Source: Raillietiella orientalis
Lineage: Eukaryota
Assembly: GCA_036172245.1 (NCBI GenBank)
Contig: JAYWIR010000004.1
Span: 3,720,001 to 3,784,000 of the forward strand
Direction of reading: 5' to 3'
DNA length: 64,000 nucleotides
The position numbers and the translations under genes are program-made. Positions 40,101 through 50,149 of this stretch are shown piece after piece; positions within the stretch are counted from its first letter, which is position 1, and every line of letters begins with the position of its first letter. The notes beneath the pieces were generated by a model that made no database searches, was not told the DNA's origin, and saw nothing but the letters and a program-made list of their open reading frames with translations.

Positions 40101-43100
40101 TGCTGTCTCGGCCCCGCCAACTCGACGTCGAACTCCACGAACAGAGATGGAAGGAACCTCGAGGGCGGTGTGCTGCCCGAGTGGGGCGCGTTCCTTCGGG
40201 TCGAGCTGCGTGGGAAGTGGGCTACCAAGTGAAGGTGGAGAGGAAGCGGGGTCGAACTTTGTTGATGAGCCCCATCCCGGGAGCGCCGGTTCTCCTGCTG
40301 AAGAGATTTAGAATTTGAGGGCAGCATGATTGACAGGAAAGCTTTTATCCGGTGACTCCGGGACGTTTACTTAAAAAATAAACCATAGTTCAGTGTTCAG
40401 AATACAAGAGATTCTTCCCCATTCCAAACAAAACAAAACAAAAAACATGAGTTGATTGGGGGTGACCACCAGCACAAAGGCGAGCTTCTAAAAAAGCGGG
40501 GAGCGAAGGGAGGGAACAATCATAAACGAAAAATGTCGGGAGGTGGGGGACAGGGAGGTCTTTGGATTCAGTTGTTCCTTTCTTCCTAGAAGAGGCTGTG
40601 TGTGATGGCAATCTCACTGAAGAATTCTGCGAGATGAGACCACCTTGCTTCTGTCTTCATGAGGGCTGCTACTATGCTGGTGGCCTCTCTGCGTCGCAAA
40701 ACTGGCTCAAACACATGGCGGACTATCACCATAGAGATTGTTGCTATCACAGCGCTCTTCTTCCGACTCCGGTGAGGAAGCGTCTCAGAAAATCCAGAGC
40801 AGTGTCCTGTGATCAACGGAGCGCCGAAGTGAGTCTCCGATACATATCCTCCAGGGCACTGCAGTCCAACAAAAGGTGCGGGAGCGATCCAATCGCCCCG
40901 CATCTAGAACAGTTCGGGGAGACAACTCTCCCGGAAACCAGTGTCTGCTCTGATTGCACTGGAGTCTCCACTGCAATCCCCAATGCAGAAGAGGAAGAAC
41001 ACCCCGTTTCCAACGGAGGTGTCCGCACACAAGGAAGGGACCACGAGTTCAGGACACACCGAGCACGTCACTCCACCTAAGGAGTCTCTTTTCCCGGAAA
41101 CGAGGAATGGCGGCGTTCACCAACTCGCTCGTCTTGCAGCCGTCCAGGAGTTTTTCCACTCCTGCAATGTTGCAGGAAAACTCCTATATCCGGTTGGCTG
41201 CCGATTTTGTTTGTTTTGAGGGCACAAAGTGCTCCGGCAAGGGATGTGATGGCCATCCGGAACCACTGAGTCCAATCCTGAAGGACATCTCCCAGCTGTT
41301 TTCCTAGGAGATTCTGCAGTGATCGCAGTTCCTCTGAGCGCACTTCCAGAGTGGCAACCCAGGACTCCAATGTCTCCTGCCTCCAGGCGTTCCAGTTTTG
41401 GTAATGGCAGGAGATCTATGGTTAATTAACCAAAAGTAAGGGTAGATGCCTCAGAAGGTAGTCAAATCCAGTCCTCCTATGTGGGCTGCTCAGCAGCATC
41501 GAAAGAAGTCCTGAGCTTCCAGCGCATCGCCAGAGGATGAGGTGTGCCGGAGCACACCAATGGGATGACCACAATTTTTCACAAAGAATCAAAAGTCGGA
41601 ACTGCATCTGTAGTCCGATCTTCGGATGAGACCTGCAGCGGATTTGCAGCGGATGGTCAGGATGACCAAGCCAGCATCATGCGACGGCGCCACCAAGTCT
41701 TTCAGTCGGATCCGGGACATATGAGCGCCCCACAAAATTCTTCTTATTAGGCGCAGATCCCGGAACTTCAGGGGTCAACAGGAAGAAGGATGTGGAAATA
41801 GTGAAAACTCTTCCTCCATTCTGTCACAGACTCGGTAACTTATTTGTGTGAAATGAATGAGACGGCCTGACGATTCCATAGACTCGCCGAGGCCTGCCTC
41901 CTGTTTGTCACTCAGCTTTGGTCGCGTGTTCTTCAACACGTCGCTCGCCTGGTCGGCGCGTTGTTCGTGTGACTCGAACAGAGTTGAGGAGGATATCAGT
42001 ACAGTACTTTACCTAATGGAAAAAAAGATGAAACTTATGAGATCTTATGCTGAACCAAGACAACGATGTGAATCAATGGAAATTTGCATCCAAATGACGC
42101 GAAGAAGCAGGATGCATCTTCATGTTTCAAAGATAGCTTGTTCTCTTAGTGTTCTTATTTTCTCATCATCTTTAGATTGGCATCTTATCAAAGCAGAATC
42201 CGATGTTTTTTTCTACTGAAACACTGAGCTGCATATTCTCTGCCATTAATCTTCATCATTATGCCGCAATGAGTGATCTCTTTGAGCTGCTCCATCATGC
42301 TGATGGTCTTAGTAGAATACTGGGTAGGAATGTTGTTGCTAGAAGCCCATTATTTCTTATGCTCATCGCAGTTGCGTTTCTGCAGTGATAGGCGCTCCTA
42401 TCAGAATGCTGATGAGGAAGCAAAGGAAACTGAATGTTGGCTCATTCAGGATCTTCGAGTTGAAAGCATAGCCACGAAGTATTGAAAACCTTCATCGGAA
42501 TCATAAGAGATCAGAGCCATTTTGCTGTTTCCTTGGATTTTTCCTACATTTTCTGATTTTTGATCTTTCAATGGTGCGGCTGCAAGCGGAATCTCATTCT
42601 TTCTTACGTCTAATCACTCTCGATACGGGAGAAGGCCCTTGGAACGTCAATCAGCTTAATAGCATCCAAGTTGGCTGCCATTTTAAAGTTCCTACTAAAC
42701 TATCCGCGAAGATATCACGGGAACTCTTCAAAATGGAGATGTTGGCTCAGGATCTCTGACGTGCCCTCAGAGAGAGCGAGGGAGAAAGAGAGAAAAGGAA
42801 GCTTCCTTCAGGACTCATGTGCCTCTGAGATCGCATCGCAAAGCGCAGTTCCAGACTGGGGTCTGTTGCAATTGGAAGGGGAGACGTGGCTACCAGTACT
42901 GCGCATTTCTGCGTAGCCCTAGAGACTCATCCGCTTGTATGGACGTCGTGAGCATTGGCCGTCTGATTAACGAGATGTGGACGTGTTCCTTCTCGGATGA
43001 CTTAAGGTGTAGGAGGCTGCGAGGGGGGTTACTGAATTGAAAGTGTGAAATTAATATAGCTCAACTGTGCAAGTGGCTTGATGAAATGAAAGAACGACCC

Positions 43101-46100
43101 TACGCTCTCATCACTTCGACAGGTACATCAACATTGCAGAAAGAAAAAGAAGAAGAATGTGTCATAAACAGCGCCTATTATTTTCCAACACATGCGCTTA
43201 CTTTTTGATAGCCTCATCTAAGAGACTCTTAAATGTGAAGGTTCTCTGATTCTCGGCTCTCAGAGAGTTTCCTCCCTGTGAAGGAGTTCCTCATTGGGAT
43301 TCTGTCATCAGAAATGTCTGCTGCCATAACTTATACAGCAAATGAGCATTTTATATCTAGCTGTGATGGAAGATGTCTTCTTCAGATACACGGGGATGCA
43401 GAGGCAAGATCGAATGTAACGATTTAGCATCAGTAAAACGGAGTTCTTGCATCCGTATGGAAGATGCAGAAAGAAGCTGTTAATGATGAGAAAATCAGAT
43501 ACATGGAAGCTTGAATTTATGGTCGCTCCTCCTGTTCGCTTGCTCTCCGGCTATTCTCCGTCTCTTTTTTCTACTGAGAAAAAAATAAAAATTGCCAGAA
43601 GAGCCAATTTTCTCAACGCTGTTCAATTTGCCAAAATCTCCGGAGAAGCAAACTTTGCTCCATCTTGCCAAGAATGTCTTTTTTTTTTTCTCGGATAAGA
43701 GAGTTATGGGGATGCAGTAAACAACCAAGAAGTAATGTTTTGGATTCGATCCATTTTTGATTACGTAGCTCACGCGTTTTCACCTCTCTAGTTCTTCTTG
43801 GATGTTTCCTGAAGCATTCTTCATCCTCGCCCAATCATAAAGAACTGTTGCTCTCTTGCGGATTTTCTTTCGGAGAAAGCTCTCCAGGATCACGTTCCAA
43901 TATGAGGCACATCGTATGAAGTACTCGACACATGCGGCATCCGGTCGTTTCGATGCCCTGCTGTCGTACGACAGTCATTACAGAGTAATTGCTGATTTCG
44001 TTTCGTTTGATTTTCGAAAACAAAAACAAAAACAAGTTCGCCACCATTGTTCGTCCCTTTTTAGGCGCCATTTGAAGAACCATGGAAATCTGGTTCCTAT
44101 GGCTTCTGGCTACGTTTCTAAAGTATCTCGCTTCCCTATCCTCTCCACCATCATCCTCATTCTGTTTAAAAACTTTTCCGCGGTTTTTCTCTTCCTGGGA
44201 GTTGGCGCCCGACGAGTTTGAGTTTTGAGATGGAACAGATTGACACGCGCTCTAAAACCCCATGATCTTCTCCTATTGGATCATTATAGGATACATGAAA
44301 GTAGAATAGTCGAAAAAGAGACGCTTTGCCAAGCTGCTAAGAAAATTTACCTGCATATTCAGTAAATGGAAGGAATGCAGCTTTGTTGCCGGAAGCTCGA
44401 AGGTGTGCTTTCTGTAGCATCATCTACCCCTATTCTTTTTTGAACGGCTTTAGGGTTGGTTGGGATGTGTTGTGCTACTTGCAAGCGACGAAGAAAATCG
44501 CTAAAAGTATTTTTTTCTTCTTCTCATACGTCTAAGCAAAGCAAAAATGAGTGGGTTTCTGAGACAAAATCCATGGTTTTCAGTGCACAAGGACCTCGCT
44601 GTCCAAAGATTGGGAAGCGAGGTTTGTCACGAGTGCTCTAGAGTTGACTGGGAGCTCGACGCATGCCGAAGCCTTCCGTTTCCATTCAGGTGGTGCCGAA
44701 GATTCATCGAAAATGGGTAAAATGTGTCAGAATGACTAGGTTTGACGGAAGCCAGTGGGTTTCTCTTCCTCGTGATGAAGAAGGGTCAGAGAGACCCCCG
44801 ACTCGGGAGGGAATGCAGGTGGATAGGGATGGAGAAGGACCAACAAGTAAATACATAGAATGGGAATAGGACTTTGAATACTTACAACTCCCGATGGTAC
44901 TTGTGAAGAAAAGAATTGGTGAAGAAGGGAATGGAGGTGCCTTCATCGGAGCTTTCATCGCTTCGCGACCTTTTGTCTCAGATCAAAGTCCGCAGTTCCA
45001 AGGCACGGGCTTTGCATCTTCTGCAGTGTGGGGCTACTTCGCACTTTGCGTGGAACTCACGAAAATCAGTAGATGGTCCCCGATGTTTCTCTTCCATCCC
45101 TGCCGCTCACAGATTGACAGAAGGTAGTCAAAAAAGAGGCAACTAACGGAGTATAAGAGTCCAAATATCTGCCGCAACAAAGTCACTAGGCAAAATGGAG
45201 TCCTTCGTGATGAGGTGCTCCCCCAACCATGCTTAAACTTTGCTGATTCCAGCAGTTGGTGAAAAATAGCTTCCGCGATGGCCACACCGCTCATGTTCTA
45301 TAAGAATTTTCTCCGTAAACGTGTGGTGATCTTTCATCAGAGAGTAGACTCAAGTATATCATCAGTTAAAGTCTATCCATCTCTGAGAAAGCTTCCTTGA
45401 GAGAGCCCTCATGCATCGCTATCCCTTCCGCAATAGGGGCTTGCAGCCCTTTTCAATCTGGAAGTCATCTTCCATGCCACAGAACAACCTGTACCTCAAG
45501 GTGCAAGAGAAGCAGGACTCTAAAGAAGACATGGAAAATGCACCATAGGAGTCGGGTGCACGTAGTCCAAGATCTTGGCCAGAAAGCGGCACGTCTGTTG
45601 AAGATCCATATGCTTGATCCATATGCCAGAGCTCCTGCTTAGCAGACAGCAGAGAATCAGATATGCTTCTTCAACAACATCACAATTCAGCACAACCGAA
45701 AGCTTTGCAAGCACCCGAAATCACAGGGTAGAGCTTGTGTACCATTCAATCTGTGTGCATTGTGACCGTCGTGGCATCTGGACTTCTGGACGATGTTTCT
45801 TGCTTCTTTGCTTACTTCGTCCCGCACCACGATGATTCAATGGTGACCCATGTTCTCATTAGGAGTGCGCAGAAGTGAAACTGCCAACCTGAATCGAAGG
45901 AATCGTGTACACTAGGAGATGTGTGCATTGAGAGAACTCTGGTCTCAATTTAGGACTGTGAAGAAGAATCAAAATAGCGGTCTCCTTTTTAGCTAAGTTA
46001 GTGGAAGGTTTTGTCATTTGAAATGGGACAACAAATGCACCAAAAATCACAACTAGGAAGTTACGGGGAAGGGAGTGTATATGTGGCTATAGTGATCAAA

Positions 46101-47120
46101 GAAAATGAGATCACAGGATCATCTCTAAAGGGAATAAATGTATGAAATAAAAGAATTCTGGGGTTAAAATAAGATATGCTTCATACTGTTGTTGAATAAT
46201 TTGTAGAGTTGACGTGATCTCTATCATTTCGACAACAGTTGAAGAGTGCACAGTCCCTAGGTAGAGTGTTATCACACCCATGGCTATCTTACTGAAATAT
46301 CCACTCAGCTGAGTTCTATCTGGAATTTTCCGGTCATCTGCATAGAGTTATGTGCAGCATGAGTAACATGATAACAAATGAGACACAGAGCAGTGCTATT
46401 TCTCGTTTGATCCCCTCGTCTTAAGCATGCAATATTTATTGCCAGCTTCACAGCTGAGGAAGTCATCAAATCTCATTTAATCATTTCTCCGTATTTCACA
46501 TCATGTCAGTTATTTAATTCTGCTTAACCAATAAAACAGTCTAACGTTTTTTAGCATAACTATGAAGAAATCTATGCATTTTGCATCTCAAGAGAAAGAC
46601 TCGTTTGACACGCACATTTCATCTTTCAACACGTGGAATTTGACTCAGTAACATCAGTAGCACTCTTCATATTGTTAGTTTTGATCATCAACATTGGGAA
46701 GAGATGACAGCAACAATTTTTTTTCTCTTTTTCATTCCTTGATTACCTCTCGAATCAATCGAGAAAGTTTGTAAGCACCAAGAGGTTTGCTTAAAAGTAT
46801 CTGTCAAAAGAAGTGGGCCAACAGAGTAGTGTAATACGAAGTGATTCTCTCTTGGTCTCGACGAGTTCAGTTGACAAGTGCTGATTTGGATTCTCAATAT
46901 ACTACTTATTCCGAAAAAAGGCACCTCTGCATATTGAAATGGAAATCGCTGTGCTGGTTCCATGATGGTTATCCGTCCAGATGGCAGTGCCAAGCATGCA
47001 GAGAATCTGTTTGGTTTTTTCCACGAAGACAGCACAAAACTCATGAAAAGCTCCAGTTACAGGAACTCAGACAACTGGCGAAAAGACCAAGATGTTATCA
47101 AGATTGTTCAAATTAAGAAG
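25170..47120 (+). CDS. Putative intron-rich host gene(s) on the plus strand with LINE-filled introns, product unidentified
   Basis: GT/AG-flanked open segments, e.g. a 36-nt intron at 25243-25278 (gtaagt...tttag), ~27160-27253 (GQCLKLYVLDDPP...), ~42386-42478 (DRRSYQNADEE...), ~43888-43985 (ITFQYEAHR...). No continuous model established. Confidence 0.25.
31085..34530 (-). mobile_element. Long decayed LINE ORF2 plus 3' UTR, interrupted by a younger copy
   Basis: Minus frames show PPRGDLNPQRLAP (~PKGD...NWRP), RERGEQG..SLCP (~RGVRQG.PLSP), RMRGALGIP (~GGLGIP), a Cys/His finger remnant and a pyrimidine-rich UTR. Confidence 0.6.
33369..34057 (-). mobile_element. 5'-truncated LINE nested in an older LINE
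   Basis: Homologous to 53613-54300 (KWQESAL..., 3' UTR). Perfect 8-bp TSD ctggtgga at 33361-33368 and 34058-34065. Confidence 0.88.
34530..36800 (-). mobile_element. Decayed LINE 3' half, split by the 34751-35695 insertion
   Basis: Minus frames with WEASWQMKSRW...SYCWQRLHIRCG resemble the region before the zinc finger. T-rich UTR at 34660-34740 and a terminal GC hairpin at 34534-34558. Confidence 0.5.
34751..35695 (+). mobile_element. 5'-truncated LINE with TSD
   Basis: CDRCRKKETLPHLLFDY finger, 3' UTR, ends ccgggTGATAATA. TSD atcat(a/c)cgaaca at 34739-34750 and 35696-35707. Confidence 0.9.
36850..37980 (+). mobile_element. LINE RT remnant
   Basis: LGPDGLPAEF...LMREADQVPAYF, VNANVKL, AAVDLQK..IDQ..L..LERL, AIRQEDSQSP, VVYDD: collinear with ORF2 at 61600-62400. 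Confidence 0.75.
37990..38330 (-). mobile_element. Possible AP-endonuclease remnant
   Basis: ELTILSP... followed by PVFIVVIGDN (~IV.GDFN). Confidence 0.3.
38340..39780 (+). mobile_element. Decayed, internally deleted LINE ORF2
   Basis: DMGHHQI (~SDH), EITSRYF (~EK.TKYF), GGLSSLEF (~DGLP.EF), KMKEALGI (~GGLGI). Contains the segment duplicated at 8643-9046. Confidence 0.5.
39790..40320 (-). mobile_element. Second RLE-class element fragment (linker and CCHC before the endonuclease)
   Basis: ORF 39797-40327 ends FTFAASIRSG...W...FCFMRCWKEPRTLSHAIG...IARW, resembling F.FA...R...CR.C..E.ETL.H...C....RH of R2/NeSL-type ORFs. Confidence 0.5.
40343..41770 (-). mobile_element. 5'-truncated LINE related to the 59790-64000 family
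   Basis: LCEKLWSSHWCAPAHLILWRCAG, NAWRQE and SGRVVSPNCSRCGAIGSLPHLLLDC match the ORF2 C-terminal third. Terminal CCGG hairpin at 40349-40361. Confidence 0.88.
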
Positions 47121-48603
47121 AAGCCATCATAAGCTTGCAGTCTCTTGCCCAAACAAACTATATTCTTTCGTTTCTTATCTCCTGTTCCAAGATGCTTGTT
47201 TTCTTAACAAAGAGACAGCGAAGAAACTTTCAGCCGCTTGCATTCATTTTCTATCGGGTGCATACAATTTCATCTGCTGGAATGTCGCAGCTTCCTTTCC
47301 ATTTATTTTGTGCGTGGGTTGTAGAACTTTCTTTCCTTTCCATCTTCTAGCAGCCTCACAGATCTCTGCATGTGTTTTTTTTTTTCTTTTAAGATTTTCC
47401 TTGTGAATTATAGTGTCCACCGTTCTAAAATGTCCATTTGGAGGAATCCTGCACCCCTTTTCCACAGTGCACAAGGCTTGCTTGAAGTTCAATCACATTT
47501 CGGAAATCATGGGTCTGCGTTCTCATGCCCAGTATCTCCGATTTCACTAGATTTCATCTTTTCTGATAGCAAAGAACACACACAATAAGTTAAAATTTCC
47601 GTTTCTGGAATTCCATGACTTCTCGTTTCTTTGTTCGTCCAAATTTTCTTTCTTTCACACTCGGAAGAACGGAACGATAATTTCCTCTGAAATCATATCT
47701 CAGAAAGAACTCGGCTCAACGAAGGAATGAAAGAAATATGTGACTTCTATGAAACATCCATGCATCACTAGAGCAACCTCTCCGTGCACAGGATCAAAGC
47801 ACGAAAGCGTTATGAATTCTTAACGAGTTTCCGAAGCATAAAGAGTTGAGCGTCCAGGGATACGCTTTGAGGAACTGGTCTGTCGGAAGCCATAGTAACA
47901 ATGTGTTTCTAGGCTGGTTCTCGTTTCCATGGGATTTGGGAAAGAAAGGGACTTGCGCTCGTGATCACTGCTGCCCATGTATTTCGTCAAGCACTTCCTT
48001 GGCATCATTCACGATGGGGTCACTTCCTTTCCGTGTATCTCATGTGTCTTGAGGAGGTTGTCTGTGCGGAATGGATACTACGCATTTGGTACTTCCTTTT
48101 GTGATGATGACACAGATGTGTCTCCATGGGCAAGATCGATTTCATACGATAATCGCATTCTTTGGTAGGGTGCGACCACCATGTGAAACCAAACAAAGTA
48201 AGCCGGATAAGAGGCGATTTATTCTCATCTAGAAGACTGGTACAAAAGTATACATCGGCCTGTAGGGTCACGTTATTGTGTACTTATATTCTTGATGGAA
48301 TCTGCTCTTTCGCTTTGAAGGTGTTCTACGCTTCTACGTAGGCATGAATCATCTGTTAATGCTTAGATAGAAATAAACTCCCTCATCCCATGGTGCCAGC
48401 CATCTGTTTACATTAAATAAGGAGAAATACAAAAAAAAAATTCAAAATGAATCTAAGGTGAGCAATCTTTAGAACTTGGAAAAGAGAGAAAAAGGATAGT
48501 GAGAACAAACATGAGTTAATAAATAAATAAAGGTGGAGGGAGGAACTGGTTTCTTGGTACAACGCTTTCTTAGGTCTGCTCCGGGAAAATAAGAGGAGAT
48601 GTG

Positions 48604-48642
48604 CACCTCGGAATCGGCACAATTGGTGCCGATTCCGAGGTG
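48604..48642. repeat. Perfect 17-bp inverted repeat with 5-nt spacer
   Basis: cacctcggaatcggcac-aattg-gtgccgattccgaggtg. Confidence 0.95.
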
Positions 48643-48689
48643 TTTCCCCTATTGTCTTGAGGCGCTCTGAAGCACCCGCAGTCAGATGA

Positions 48690-49150
48690 GCACGCTATGC
48701 ATCCGTGAGGCTGTGATCAAGAGAAGGAATCCTGAGAATGACAGTGGTACTCTCCTTCTAAGAGGGCCATCACCACTGTCCTCAACGGGAAGGAGCTGCC
48801 AACGAGGAGACAGCTGGTGGGGAGAGAAAAAAATAACCTCACACCGCAAAAGAAAGAAACGATGGTCTCTTGAGAGAAACAACAGGAAAATATTCGTTGC
48901 TCAGGGAAGTCGTCACGAAAGGTTGAAGATTCCGGAAGATCGAGCCATCTCATGTCTAGAACGGGGAAGGAGATCACCAGCCAGAAGAGAGCAGTTTCTG
49001 GAGAATCATGTCACGAGAGTTTCTTTCTTGATGTAAGAAGCGGCTGGAAAACCAAAGTGAAAAAGAGACGGAATTCAAGTTCCCCAAAGTTTACGACAAA
49101 CTGCAATTCTTTCTTAGCACCTTGTGAAGATCCAAGCGTTGATGAGTTAG
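48690..49150 (+). mobile_element. Possible LINE ORF2 remnant (APE-RT linker)
   Basis: EGHH (~SDH), RETTGKYS (~GEK.TKYF), GEGDHQPEE..F. Confidence 0.35.
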
Positions 49151-49299
49151 AGGTGAGCTAGAGGAGACGGGATCATATAAGGATTACAAGAAGGAGGTAC
49201 GAAGTCGTCTGAAGCAGAAAAAGAGGCGATACACTGAGACGTCTTGACGGGAGACCACAGGCATTCTCCGTGAGTGAACGATTATGCAAGAATAAAAGA

Positions 49300-50100
49300 G
49301 GTCGAATGGTGGCTGCTCCTTGCCACAGAGGCTTGAAGAATGTACATGCAGACAGCTAGGGAGAAGTTGTTTCCAGCAAATGAGAGGTGACTTCTCTGAA
49401 GGAAGGGGTCGACACCCTAAACCGTGACCTTTTCCGATTGGAAAATAGTCTGGGGCTTCGAGTGATAACTAGCATCTACCAAGACACAATGACAAGGAAA
49501 TGCAGCCCCCAGGGAGCAGGGTGTCGTCCAGACAGCCACAGGAGTCGAGAGAGGGTTTCGATCTAGGGAAACTGGTCCAAGGAACGCGGAACTCTCCACG
49601 TTCCCCATGTTTGGTTGCGTGCTTCACCGTGACTCCCTTCCCTTCTTTAGTACAGGCCAGCTCTTTCCTCCCAGTCCTAAATTATCTGCACTTCAGGTAG
49701 CTCCCCACGATCTGAGTTCATGTTTTCATTGTGCTTCTGGGATCCAGTATTCGGGTGGACCTCTTGGTTTCCATAAGTTCTGGAGCCATGCACGGTTGCT
49801 CCCTTCGGTGGCGGATGCCGTTTTCCCTGCAGCCATTCTTCCTCCACCATCCTAATTCATGGGGTATCTCCCGCAATTAGGCTCCTTGCAATCAGATCTC
49901 ATAAACAGTCAATTCCATGAAATCCCACAAAAACGGTGGATGGAGCAGCATGCAAATGATGCCGAGGGTCAACGTCCTTCTCCTTTGTCTTTGTTTGCTG
50001 TGACAGGTGTGACGTCACCTTGTTGGCTGTGCAAGGTTATCCCATTCGCCCAGCTGCCCGTATGATCGCGTAGCTGCGGAAACCCTCTGCAGCAAAGCCT
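49300..50100 (-). mobile_element. Possible LINE ORF1 remnant
   Basis: PDYFPIGK...PLICWKQ...CLH..SLCGK resembles the ORF1 P..V.IG...P..C..C...H....C zinc-knuckle region. Confidence 0.3.
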
Positions 50101-50149
50101 CCGAGGAATTCCTGCTCCGGAGGAGAGCTCTGATACTGGGGACAGTTGT

